A stretch of DNA of 32,000 nucleotides from assembly GCA_038889235.1 (NCBI GenBank), contig JAWAHN010000001.1, positions 210,001 through 242,000 of the forward strand. The letters are read 5' to 3'. This stretch comes from Candidatus Jordarchaeales archaeon (GTDB taxonomy: Archaea > Asgardarchaeota > Jordiarchaeia > Jordiarchaeales > Freyrarchaeaceae). The notes under the pieces are model-generated. The model made no database searches. It was not told where the DNA came from and worked only from the letters and a program-made list of their open reading frames with translations. Positions 18,768 to 27,281 of this stretch are shown here, piece by piece; the stretch's first letter is position 1, and each line of letters begins with the position of its first letter. Position numbers and translations under genes: made by a program.

Positions 18768-19928
18768 ATGGACACTCTTGCTAAGTTGAGGATTTTAGGG
18801 GCTGGCGCCAAGTTTGACAAGTGTTCTTCTTCTCCGTCAACAGGTAAGGTTAAGAGGGCGGCTGGCTCTTGCCCACTTGTCGGTCCGTGGATTTATCCTG
18901 CAGCCCTCCCCGATGGGGGTTGCATGAATCTTCTTAAGATACTTTACGGCAATATTTGTGTTCACGATTGTGGCTACTGCGCGTTTTCACGCTCAACCCG
19001 GGTGAGGAGGGTCAAGTTCAGCCCGGAGGAGTTTGCTAGGCTGTTCATGGAGCTGTACCGTGAAGGGTACGTTGAGGGGCTTTTCCTCTCGTCTAGCGTG
19101 TGCGGTGACAGCGACTCCACGATGAGTGAGATGATAGAGGCTGTCAGGATTATCAGGGAGAAGTACGGCTTTTCCGGTTACGTTCACCTGAAGGTTCTTC
19201 CAGGGGCATCATACTCTATGGTTAGGGAAGCGAGCATACTCGCGGATAGAGTCAGCGTTAACCTTGAGGCACCTAGCAGCGTTAGGCTTCAAGAGCTTTC
19301 CTCAACCAAGGACTTTGGAGTCGACTTGCTTAGGAGGCTCGAGTGGATTAGTGGACTGAAAAGGAGGGGGCTGCTTCCCTCGGGTCACTCAACGCAGTTC
19401 GTGGTAGGCGGTGGGGGGGAATCGGATTACGAGATTCTCAAAACAGTGGACTGGCTTTACAAGAAAATGAACCTTAGTAGGGCATACTACTCGGCTTTTA
19501 CCCCGATAAAGGGGACGCGTTTCGAGATAAAAGCGCAGGTTCCTAAAGTTAGGGAGCGCAGACTTTACCAGGCTGACTGGCTCCTCAGGTTTTACGGTTT
19601 TAAGTTGGGAGAATTGGTGTTCAACGACGACGGGAACCTGCCTTTGAACGTTGACCCGAAGCTTGCGTTCGCCGTCAATAACCCTCACCTATACCCTGTT
19701 GACGTTAACGATGCAAGCTACGTGGAGTTGCTGAAGGTTCCCGGAATAGGTCCTAGGCTGGCGAGAAGGATAGTAGACTTGAGAGAGAGGGAGGGGAAGA
19801 TTACGAGTATGGGGGAGCTGGCTAAACTGGGTGTTCCGCTTAGAAGGGCTGCCCCATTCATTGTAGTGGCTGGGAGAAGACAGCTGAAGCTGGATGAAGT
19901 ATATGAAAAGCCGTTCAGAACAGTTTAG
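18768..19928 (+). CDS. Putative DNA modification/repair radical SAM protein with helix-hairpin-helix domain
   Basis: CVHDCGYC radical SAM triad, YVEGLFLSS, GYVHLKVLPGA, STQFVVG, RLYQADWLLRFYGF, DPKLAFA, HhH LLKVPGIG. Confidence 0.88.
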   Translation: MDTLAKLRILGAGAKFDKCSSSPSTGKVKRAAGSCPLVGPWIYPAALPDGGCMNLLKILYGNICVHDCGYCAFSRSTRVRRVKFSPEEFARLFMELYREGYVEGLFLSSSVCGDSDSTMSEMIEAVRIIREKYGFSGYVHLKVLPGASYSMVREASILADRVSVNLEAPSSVRLQELSSTKDFGVDLLRRLEWISGLKRRGLLPSGHSTQFVVGGGGESDYEILKTVDWLYKKMNLSRAYYSAFTPIKGTRFEIKAQVPKVRERRLYQADWLLRFYGFKLGELVFNDDGNLPLNVDPKLAFAVNNPHLYPVDVNDASYVELLKVPGIGPRLARRIVDLREREGKITSMGELAKLGVPLRRAAPFIVVAGRRQLKLDEVYEKPFRTV

Positions 19929-20001
19929 GAAGATGGCTGAAGAGGGCGCACATACCGCTCCGTGAAGGAAGGGTGGCAGACTGCCTCCTGCTTCCAGAGT
20001 T

Positions 20002-20910
20002 TTACAGGGCTTTGAACTTTCCTTCTCGCTCCTCGATCAAACCCTTCTCTAGGAGAAGTTCTAGGTGTTTTTCGAGCATTATTCTTTCGCTGACCCTGAA
20101 GAGGTCTTTTGGTTCCGGGAAGCGCTTGTAGATTATAGCTAAGTCGGCTAGTTCGTCTAAGCTCATCCACCGCTCCTTAAGGATGCTAATTATTTGCCTC
20201 TCCCTTTCCTGCAACTTTGAGGCATATTCGTCGACGAGTTTCAGTATCTCGCTGCGTCCCTTCACGGGGTCCTTCCTGTGGCTTGTCACAGCTATTTCGG
20301 CATCAATCGACCGCAGTTTTTCCAGCGAGCAGATCGTTTCGGTGAGGCTTGAGTCGACCCCCCCGTACCATGGACCGAAAGGTGTTAGGTCGTAGTCTGA
20401 CATAAACAACACTTTCTCCTTAGGAAAGTAGAAGCAGCAGTGGCCGGCAGAGTGGCCGGGTGTGTGAATGACCTTCATTTTTGTGAAATCTAAGTCGAAC
20501 GTGTAACCATCCTCGAACTCTAGGTCGACTTTCGAGTCCTTCAAGTTGAGGAGGAGGCGGAGGAACTGCTCGCCTATCTTGGCCAGCTCGCTGTCCTTTG
20601 GGGTGAAATACCTGTTGTTTAACTCTGTTACGCTTCTGACGGCGGGCGCGTCTAGCCTATGGCAGCATATTTGTACGTCTTGGAAGAGGTGGTTCATCAA
20701 GATGTGGTCTTCGTGGCAGTGCGAGTTAACAACCGCCTCCACTTCAAACTTCTCCCTAAGCTCTTTCACCACTTGAGGAGAGAGCGAGAAACCCGTGTCG
20801 ACCAGTATAAAGCTTTCATCTCCAACTAGGAGTGAGTTCGAAGAAGGATATCTACCCCCTCTCTCTCCTCCGACGAGAATTATGCCCTCGGCGAGCTCTA
20901 CGGTTTCCAT
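20002..20910 (-). CDS. Metallo-beta-lactamase fold hydrolase with C-terminal winged-helix-like tail
   Basis: HCHEDH, HTPGHSAGH, FMSD, TSH. C-terminal EKHLELLLEKGLI. Confidence 0.88.
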   Translation of the reverse strand: METVELAEGIILVGGERGGRYPSSNSLLVGDESFILVDTGFSLSPQVVKELREKFEVEAVVNSHCHEDHILMNHLFQDVQICCHRLDAPAVRSVTELNNRYFTPKDSELAKIGEQFLRLLLNLKDSKVDLEFEDGYTFDLDFTKMKVIHTPGHSAGHCCFYFPKEKVLFMSDYDLTPFGPWYGGVDSSLTETICSLEKLRSIDAEIAVTSHRKDPVKGRSEILKLVDEYASKLQERERQIISILKERWMSLDELADLAIIYKRFPEPKDLFRVSERIMLEKHLELLLEKGLIEEREGKFKAL

Positions 20911-21278
20911 TAGAATCCATCCATAACCACTTTTGCGAAGTATTCTCCGTTTTCCATCAATCTCTTCACGTGTTCCCTATAAGTAAGGTTTGCGTATGAA
21001 AGTTTCCCCTCAGTCCACTTCTTGTAGTGGTTAGGGTTTAGCCTGGCTGAGATGAGGAGTAAGCGAACTTTTTTGAAGTTCTCTTCGAACTGCTTCCAGT
21101 TGCCCTTCTCAGCCCAGTAGGGGTCGTCGCGATAGTGGAAGTAGATGTACTCCATGTGCTCTATCATTTCAAACAGCTGGGTGAGCGTCATGGATTTCAA
21201 AACTTCGTCACTTATCGGCTTCTCGTAATCAATCACTAGGTCGTCCCATTCTATCCCGTAGACCGGCTTATCGCTCAA
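20910..21278 (-). CDS. Hypothetical protein, 122 aa
   Basis: TTG start after GGGGTG. Stop overlaps the MBL start (TAATG). Composition is protein-like but I recognise no motif. Confidence 0.7.
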   Translation of the reverse strand: MSDKPVYGIEWDDLVIDYEKPISDEVLKSMTLTQLFEMIEHMEYIYFHYRDDPYWAEKGNWKQFEENFKKVRLLLISARLNPNHYKKWTEGKLSYANLTYREHVKRLMENGEYFAKVVMDGF

Positions 21279-21302
21279 AGCGACACCCCCAAAAAAGGGG
21301 AC

Positions 21303-21794
21303 TCAGAGTCTTTTCTCGAAGACAACGTATACGGGGTTGAACCCCAACTTCTCGAGTCTCTTAGAAAGCTTGTCGACGAAGCGCAGTCCAACGTTGACGC
21401 GTATAACGTCCACTTTGAGCTTCGAGAGGATTTCTACGGCTGCTTCGGCGAGCATTTTTCCCACACCTTTGTCTCTGTACTCTTTGTCGACAACCCAGTT
21501 TGTGAGGTAGCCGACGAGCTGACCGGTAGGCTCAAGACGGGCTTCAATTATCCCCATGCCAACCACTCTGCCCGTCTCTTCATCTTCAGCCACTAGGGTC
21601 TGCCTTCGCAAACCCGGGCTAAATAAGCGCAGGTAGTCGGACTCACGCCACTTTTCGGGGTTAAACGCGAAACCTACCTCACTTGCGAGAGTCCTCATTA
21701 GTAGCATTGTGTCGTCGCTGTCTGAAGGCTGGTAATTGCGTATCTTGATTTTCATGGAAAAACACCTTCCGCCCTTGTATATGTCGGGGTACAA
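21303..21794 (-). CDS. GNAT family N-acetyltransferase
   Basis: KIRNYQPSD start, acetyl-CoA motif VVDKEYRDKGVGKML, LEKLGF. Likely start ATG 21755. Confidence 0.87.
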   Translation of the reverse strand: MYPDIYKGGRCFSMKIKIRNYQPSDSDDTMLLMRTLASEVGFAFNPEKWRESDYLRLFSPGLRRQTLVAEDEETGRVVGMGIIEARLEPTGQLVGYLTNWVVDKEYRDKGVGKMLAEAAVEILSKLKVDVIRVNVGLRFVDKLSKRLEKLGFNPVYVVFEKRL

Positions 21795-21813
21795 TTTAGT
21801 TCACATTTAAGTT

Positions 21814-21825
21814 AACCTTAAGGTT
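21814..21825. promoter_or_regulatory. Perfect palindrome AACCTTAAGGTT upstream of the GNAT gene
   Basis: Read directly from the sequence; AT-rich intergenic region ~60 nt upstream of the likely GNAT start. Confidence 0.25.
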
Positions 21826-21846
21826 TACGCTCAATGTGGCCGCTCT

Positions 21847-22647
21847 TCACGTCTTCTCTACGAGCTTCCACTTTTCCAGTAAGACGGCAAGCTTACTGGC
21901 TATTTCCTCCAGTGCCCTTTCGGTTTCCAGCTCACTCCAGTGGTTTAATGGGTCCGCCAGCGTTAGGGCACCGTTGTCCGAGATCTCGTCGAACCTCGAG
22001 AGAGCGCTAGCTATTATGTTCGACTTGAGCTGCGGGTTGCCCTCAGCAAGTTTCAGGGATTCGGCAACGTGTCTTTTGAAGCTCACTTTCGGCTTCGACG
22101 GCCTATTCCTCCGCACAAGATCCGGACGCACGAGGTTGACTATGCTGGTCTCCAGTATTCCTGCGTGAAGATCCATGCTCTCCTCCAATTGGTTTTTGAG
22201 CTCCGGTGGGAGGAGGGATGTTAGCTCGTTGGGCCCGATGTATAAAGCGTCAACGCCTAAGCTTAGGTTTACTTCGGAAACTGCTAACCTGAGAGCGGCG
22301 TCGTTCCCCCCATGGGCGTTGATAACCACGATTTTCCTGAACCCGTGGGAGGCTAGACTTTTCACGACGTCGCGTACCACTCTTAGCAGCGTATCGCTCT
22401 CCAATGTCAGCGTTCCTTTAAACGCCATGTGCTCCTTCGAGAAGCCAACCCATAGTGCTGGCGCTATTATGGACCCTGTCTTCTCAGCAACTCGCCTAGA
22501 GATTTCAAGCGCCACGAAGACGTCTGTCCCTAGAGGCAGGTGGACCCCGTGTTGCTCCACGCTCCCCATCGGTATTATTACCGCGGCGCCTTCTTTCACT
22601 TTTTGTTCAACTTCAACGTGCGTCATCTCGTACAGAAAGACGCTCAA
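21847..22647 (-). CDS. Creatininase/creatinine amidohydrolase family protein
   Basis: PMGSVEQHGVHLPLGTD, GFSKEH, NAHGGN, DLHAGILETS. Confidence 0.9.
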   Translation of the reverse strand: MSVFLYEMTHVEVEQKVKEGAAVIIPMGSVEQHGVHLPLGTDVFVALEISRRVAEKTGSIIAPALWVGFSKEHMAFKGTLTLESDTLLRVVRDVVKSLASHGFRKIVVINAHGGNDAALRLAVSEVNLSLGVDALYIGPNELTSLLPPELKNQLEESMDLHAGILETSIVNLVRPDLVRRNRPSKPKVSFKRHVAESLKLAEGNPQLKSNIIASALSRFDEISDNGALTLADPLNHWSELETERALEEIASKLAVLLEKWKLVEKT

Positions 22648-22688
22648 AATCGAACCTCCCGGGAAAGATGCTCATCATTCCCAATTAC

Positions 22689-23534
22689 TCACGCCACCTG
22701 TGAAGCTCTAACCATCTCCCCTATGAGAAGTCTCGCCTCCTCAACCGACTCGACAGCAAACCTGGCCCTAGAGGGAGATAACCCAACCTTCACCGAGTAA
22801 GCTGAGCTCGGGAGGGCGGCGAACATTTCCTCGTCCGTTGTGTCGTCGCCCATGGCCAGCACGAAGTCCCAGTTTTCCTTCGACAACCAGTGAAGGGCTG
22901 CGAGTCCCTTGCTTACCCCAGAGCTTCTCGCCTCAACGTATTTGTTTCCCGCTATCACATCCACTTTGAGGACAGGGGCGAGACGTGAGAGGACGTCTAT
23001 CAGCTCTCTTAACTTTAAAACACTTACCTTCGGGTCAGCCCCCCTATAGTGCCACACGAGGGAGAAGCTTTTCTCTTCTATGAGAGATCCCGGGGTGGCT
23101 TCAACGTACTGTTCCATTATCGGGCGAATATGCATCTTCCACTGGTTGTCCAGCTCTCTTACGAGGCGCCACTCGCCGCCTTTCTCTTTAATCCATGCCC
23201 CGTGTTCAGCGACTATCCCCAGCCACATTCCCCTAAAACATTCATCTAGAAACTCTTTACCGCGTCCACTAACTATGACTACCTCGTTACGGGCGTCCCG
23301 GGTTAGCAGCGTGAGCAAGCTCAGTATTTCCTCGTCGGGCTTAGCGTCCTCAGGCCTCTTCGTGAACGGAACAATAGTTCCATCGTAATCTAGCAGTATC
23401 AGTCTACGCTTCCCCCTCTTGTACTTGTCTAGTAGGGCGTCTTTCAAGTTTGGGGTTAACCTTTTAGGGAGATGGTCTTCCTGAGACTTTCCGGCCTTGA
23501 ACGTTTTACGCGTAAAGGGGTCTAGTTGATTCAA
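22689..23534 (-). CDS. otsB: Trehalose-6-phosphate phosphatase (HAD IIB)
   Basis: LLDYDGTIVPF, VSGR, AEHGAW, IEEKSFSLVWHYR, KGLA, MGDDTTDEEMF. TTG start after GAGGTG. Confidence 0.88.
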   Translation of the reverse strand: MNQLDPFTRKTFKAGKSQEDHLPKRLTPNLKDALLDKYKRGKRRLILLDYDGTIVPFTKRPEDAKPDEEILSLLTLLTRDARNEVVIVSGRGKEFLDECFRGMWLGIVAEHGAWIKEKGGEWRLVRELDNQWKMHIRPIMEQYVEATPGSLIEEKSFSLVWHYRGADPKVSVLKLRELIDVLSRLAPVLKVDVIAGNKYVEARSSGVSKGLAALHWLSKENWDFVLAMGDDTTDEEMFAALPSSAYSVKVGLSPSRARFAVESVEEARLLIGEMVRASQVA

Positions 23535-23777
23535 GACTATTGCACCTCGCGGTTACTAGAGGAGAACGATAACCCTTTCTTTTCCCACCTTTCAGCTTTA
23601 ACTTGCCCGATAAAAGGGGTTAAAGCGATGACAGCTTAAAAGCTTAGACCTTGACCAAGAGCTACTTACGCTGACCGCTTTTATAAAGATGCACGCGCGC
23701 TCGGCGCTTAACTGAGTACTCATCGATCGTTGAAGCTACACTTTATAGGGATGAAGCTACTTTTTCTTTAGTGAAAC

Positions 23778-24311
23778 GTGGGGAGTGTGTGTACATTGGA
23801 TTTGAAAGCGCTCTACAAGATTAGTTACGGGTTGTACATTGTTGCTTCAAGGAGGAACGGGGAAATCAATGGCCAGATCGCAAACACAGTGTTCCAAGTC
23901 ACAGCAAACCCGCCCACTGTGGCTGTGAGTATAAACAAGCAGAACTTAACGCACGAGTTCATTAAAGAGAGTGGTGTCTTCTCGGTTTCTATCTTGGCGA
24001 AGGACACCCCCTTGAAGTTTATCGGGCTGTTTGGCTTTAGGACGGGCAAAGAGACGAAAAAGTTTGAGAGTGTGAAGTACAAGCTTGGTGTGACGGGAGC
24101 GCCCATAGTGCTCGAAAACACTGTAGGCTACATTGAAGCGGAGGTCATCAATAGCGTCGACGTAGGAACGCACACAATATTCATTGGAAGAGTGGTTGAT
24201 GCAGGAATCTTGAGCGATGAGGAGCCCATGACCTATGCATACTACCACGAGGTGAAGCAAGGGAAGACACCGGAGAAAGCAGCCACATACATTAGGGAGC
24301 CGAAAAAATAG
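23778..24311 (+). CDS. Flavin reductase-like protein (DIM6/NTAB family)
   Basis: KALYKISYGLYIV, FQVTANPP, INKQNLTH, FGFRTG, DVGTHTIFIGRV, PMTYAYY. Likely start TTG 23796. Confidence 0.88.
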   Translation: MGSVCTLDLKALYKISYGLYIVASRRNGEINGQIANTVFQVTANPPTVAVSINKQNLTHEFIKESGVFSVSILAKDTPLKFIGLFGFRTGKETKKFESVKYKLGVTGAPIVLENTVGYIEAEVINSVDVGTHTIFIGRVVDAGILSDEEPMTYAYYHEVKQGKTPEKAATYIREPKK

Positions 24312-24446
24312 TGGCAGGACTCTCCCTCACTTCCTCTATTTGTTTCCAAAGGGCGGTGAAAGACCTGCCAGGATATTTTGTTGATGGTACTGCGTTTAAA
24401 TTGCCGCTTTAGGAGCTGTGATGTTTGATAAGGAGGCGAAGCCGGG

Positions 24447-25166
24447 TTGGAGCCGACGAGGGACGGTATTTTGGCTGCTGTGAGGAAAGCGTTTGAAGAA
24501 AAGCTGTCCAGCATTGTAGAGGAAGAGTGGTTTAAAGTCGTTGAAAAACGTGTTAAGACAGGCGAGTTGAGCTTGGAATGTGCTGCTGAGGAGTTGCTGT
24601 TGATGGTGCTTAAAACGGGGTGTATAAGGTCCTCGCCCCGACGCAGGCTTGAAATGGGGCTCGTTCAGGTTTACACTGGTGAAGGGAAAGGTAAGACGAG
24701 TGCAGCCTTCGGGTTGGCTCTAAGGGCCGTGGGAAGAGGGCTACGTGTCTGCGTAATACAGTTTATTAAAGGAGGGTTCGATTACGGAGAGCTACACTCA
24801 TCATTATACCTTCCAAACTTGCGCGTCGAAGCGTATGGGAGGGGGTGTCTCGTTCCAGACCCTCCGTCGAAGGAAGACTACGCTGAAGCGGAAAAGGCGT
24901 TAAGGAGGGCGAGAGAGGCCTTGATGAGTGGGGACTACGACATAGTCATATTAGATGAGGTGAACACTGCCCTAAACTTGAAACTCATTAAGCTTGAGGA
25001 CGTAATGAGGCTGCTCACTGAAAAACCCGGAAACGTTGAACTGGTGCTCACGGGAAGGGGGGCCCCGAAGGAGGTTATTGATGCAGCGGACCTTGTTACC
25101 GAGATGAGGGAAGTTAAACATCCATACAAGAGAGGAGTACAGGCGAGGGTGGGCATAGAGTACTGA
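24447..25166 (+). CDS. cobO: Cob(I)alamin adenosyltransferase CobO/BtuR with a ~69-aa N-terminal extension
   Basis: GLVQVYTGEGKGKTSAAFGLALRA, QFIKG, ILDEVN, ELVLTGR, ADLVTEMREVKHPY. AGGAGG RBS at 24431-24436 supports TTG 24447; the conserved core starts at ATG 24654. Confidence 0.9.
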   Translation: MEPTRDGILAAVRKAFEEKLSSIVEEEWFKVVEKRVKTGELSLECAAEELLLMVLKTGCIRSSPRRRLEMGLVQVYTGEGKGKTSAAFGLALRAVGRGLRVCVIQFIKGGFDYGELHSSLYLPNLRVEAYGRGCLVPDPPSKEDYAEAEKALRRAREALMSGDYDIVILDEVNTALNLKLIKLEDVMRLLTEKPGNVELVLTGRGAPKEVIDAADLVTEMREVKHPYKRGVQARVGIEY

Positions 25167-26065
25167 ACACGTCTCCCGTTGGCCTGCAAGCAACCTTTGC
25201 AAGATGACTGAGGGTTGGGCAATTCTTATCCGAGGCCTAGTTTCAGGAAAGTTGTCGAAGGCACCTGGAGTAACCGAGACAGCACTCGTCCAGGCTCAAG
25301 GAGGCTTGGAAGCTCTCCACTAGTTCAGACTAGCGACATAACGGTTTGAGTGACTGATTTTACGTTTCCCGCGAAAGTTGGACTAAGGTGACAAAAATGT
25401 AAGGTTCCCATTGGGAAGTCCATTAAGAAACCTCACCGGGATACACCTTCACAAAAGGAAAGGCTGCAAGTGTGTAAGGGGAACGGAGAAGTTGTTGAAG
25501 GATTAAAGTAGACTTAAAAGGTAAAATTGTATAAAATTAAAATTGATAAGGGTATAACGAAGTACTGCGGAGGCGCTTTTGACAAAGTGTACTTGGTGTA
25601 GGTGCAGCATTTGTTCCTAAGGTTTACAATAGCTTGGGTTCAGTTGTTACTCTTTCGCAGGCAAGATGGAGATCTTAGGCGACGTGTTTTTGTGTATTGT
25701 TGCCAGCCCAAGGGATGATTCGTTGTTTCACGGCTGCAGCGTGTGGCCGTCGTGAGGAGGCACGTTCGAAGCATGCAGAAAGCGAGCAGAAGCAGAATGG
25801 GGAACTGAATAGAAGCGCAAGTGGAGAACGGTATAGCACTAGCTTAGACTCAGAAAAAACAGGCGTGTAAAAACTATTTCTCCGCTACAAATAAAGGGCT
25901 AGTTTTTACTCTGCTCCTGCCGCGTTGAAGACCTATTTGCTTCTTTATTTTTAGGGGGCTTCAGCGTCTTCAGCTTAACTGCTTCGCATTCCAAGTCGTG
26001 GAGGATAGATAGTTTTAAATTTTATAATTTAGGTTTTTAACCTGTGCTGGGTTCACATGTTTTAG

Positions 26066-26680
26066 GTGGGCTTGATGATTGTTGGTGTTTGTGGTAGCCC
26101 TAGGCGGGGGGCGACTGAGTATTGTTTAAGAGAGGCCCTAAACATGTTAGAGGAGGAGGGGTTTAAGACCGCTTTTTTCACTGTTCGGGGGAAGAACATC
26201 GGTTTCTGTAGACACTGTGACTACTGCTTGAAGAATGGGGAGTGCGCCATTAGAGATGACATGTATGAGCTTTACCCGTTGCTTAGGGAGGCGAGGGGGT
26301 TTGTCTTCGCTACACCAGTTTACAACGGTGGCGTTAGCGCACAAATTAAAGCGGTCATGGACAGGTGTAGGGCTCTCGTAGCCGCGGACAGGAATGTTTT
26401 CAGGAACAAAGTCGGGATGGCCATAGCTGTCGGCGGTGATAGGGTTGGGGGCCAAGAGCTTGCCCTTCAACAGATAATCACATTTTACATACTCAATGGT
26501 GTGATACCCGTGAGCGGAGGATTTTTCGGGGCGAACCTTGGGGCTACCTTTTGGTCTAAGGATAGTGTTGAGGAGGTTATGAGGGACGAGGAGGGGTTTA
26601 GGAGCCTTAGGAAAACTGTCAAGAAGTTTGCTTCATTATTAAGGTTGATTGAGAAGGTTGGTGGTCTTGTTGAGTTATGA
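26066..26680 (+). CDS. isf: Iron-sulfur flavoprotein (Isf/WrbA flavodoxin family)
   Basis: GSPRRGAT FMN-phosphate loop, compact FCRHCDYC...C cluster motif, ATPVYNG, KAVMDR, GGQE. Confidence 0.85.
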   Translation: MGLMIVGVCGSPRRGATEYCLREALNMLEEEGFKTAFFTVRGKNIGFCRHCDYCLKNGECAIRDDMYELYPLLREARGFVFATPVYNGGVSAQIKAVMDRCRALVAADRNVFRNKVGMAIAVGGDRVGGQELALQQIITFYILNGVIPVSGGFFGANLGATFWSKDSVEEVMRDEEGFRSLRKTVKKFASLLRLIEKVGGLVEL

Positions 26681-27281
26681 GAAGGCGATAAAAAGGGTTG
26701 CTTGGGGTATTACCGGCAGCGGAGATAGACTAATTGAGACCGTCGAGACCATGATCAAAGTTAAGGATGAGTATGCTGATGAGGTCGAAATAAAAGTTTA
26801 TCTTTCGAAGGCTGGCGACCAAGTTATTAAGTACTACAAGTTGTCTGACGTCTTGAAGAGGGAGTTTGGCAAGGTTTGGGTTGAAGTGAACGCGAACTCT
26901 CCTTTCCTCGCTGGCCAGCTCCAGTCGGGGAAATTCGAGTTCCTTTTAATTGCACCCGCCACGTCGAACACCGTAGCGAAGATAGCGAACGGTGTAGCGG
27001 ATACATTACTCTCAAATTCGGCATTGATGGCGCTTAAAGCCTTCGTCCCAGTTTACATAATGCCGTCAGACTATAGGGAAGGTGTAGTGGTCACTAAGCT
27101 GCCTGATGGAAGAGACCTCAAATTGAGGATAAGGAAGGAGGACGTGGAACACGTGAGGAAGCTTATGAATATGGATGGGATTTACGTTCTCGAAAAACCA
27201 GAGGACATACCTGCAGTTTTCGAGAGGCACTTTAAAGGGGCGAACGCTCGAGGTTGGGGGACAGGAATAGACATCTACTGA
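26649..27281 (+). CDS. afpA: Archaeoflavoprotein AfpA (HFCD flavoprotein family)
   Basis: RVAWGITGSG, YLSKAG, NSPFLAG, IAPATSNTVAKIANGVADTL, PSDY. Likely start TTG 26667/26670, overlapping the isf stop. Confidence 0.85.
   Translation: MRRLVVLLSYEKAIKRVAWGITGSGDRLIETVETMIKVKDEYADEVEIKVYLSKAGDQVIKYYKLSDVLKREFGKVWVEVNANSPFLAGQLQSGKFEFLLIAPATSNTVAKIANGVADTLLSNSALMALKAFVPVYIMPSDYREGVVVTKLPDGRDLKLRIRKEDVEHVRKLMNMDGIYVLEKPEDIPAVFERHFKGANARGWGTGIDIY

Noticed and set aside
24250-24380. Complete cobalamin riboswitch
   Set aside because: Only the GACCTGCC-like tail is present. The AGGGAA match upstream lies in coding sequence, and the conserved core elements and required length are missing.
25204-25323. 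39-aa ORF MTEGWAILIRG... and other ORFs under 50 aa in the 25.2-26.0 kb gap
   Set aside because: No RBS, no recognisable motif, and the length is expected by chance.
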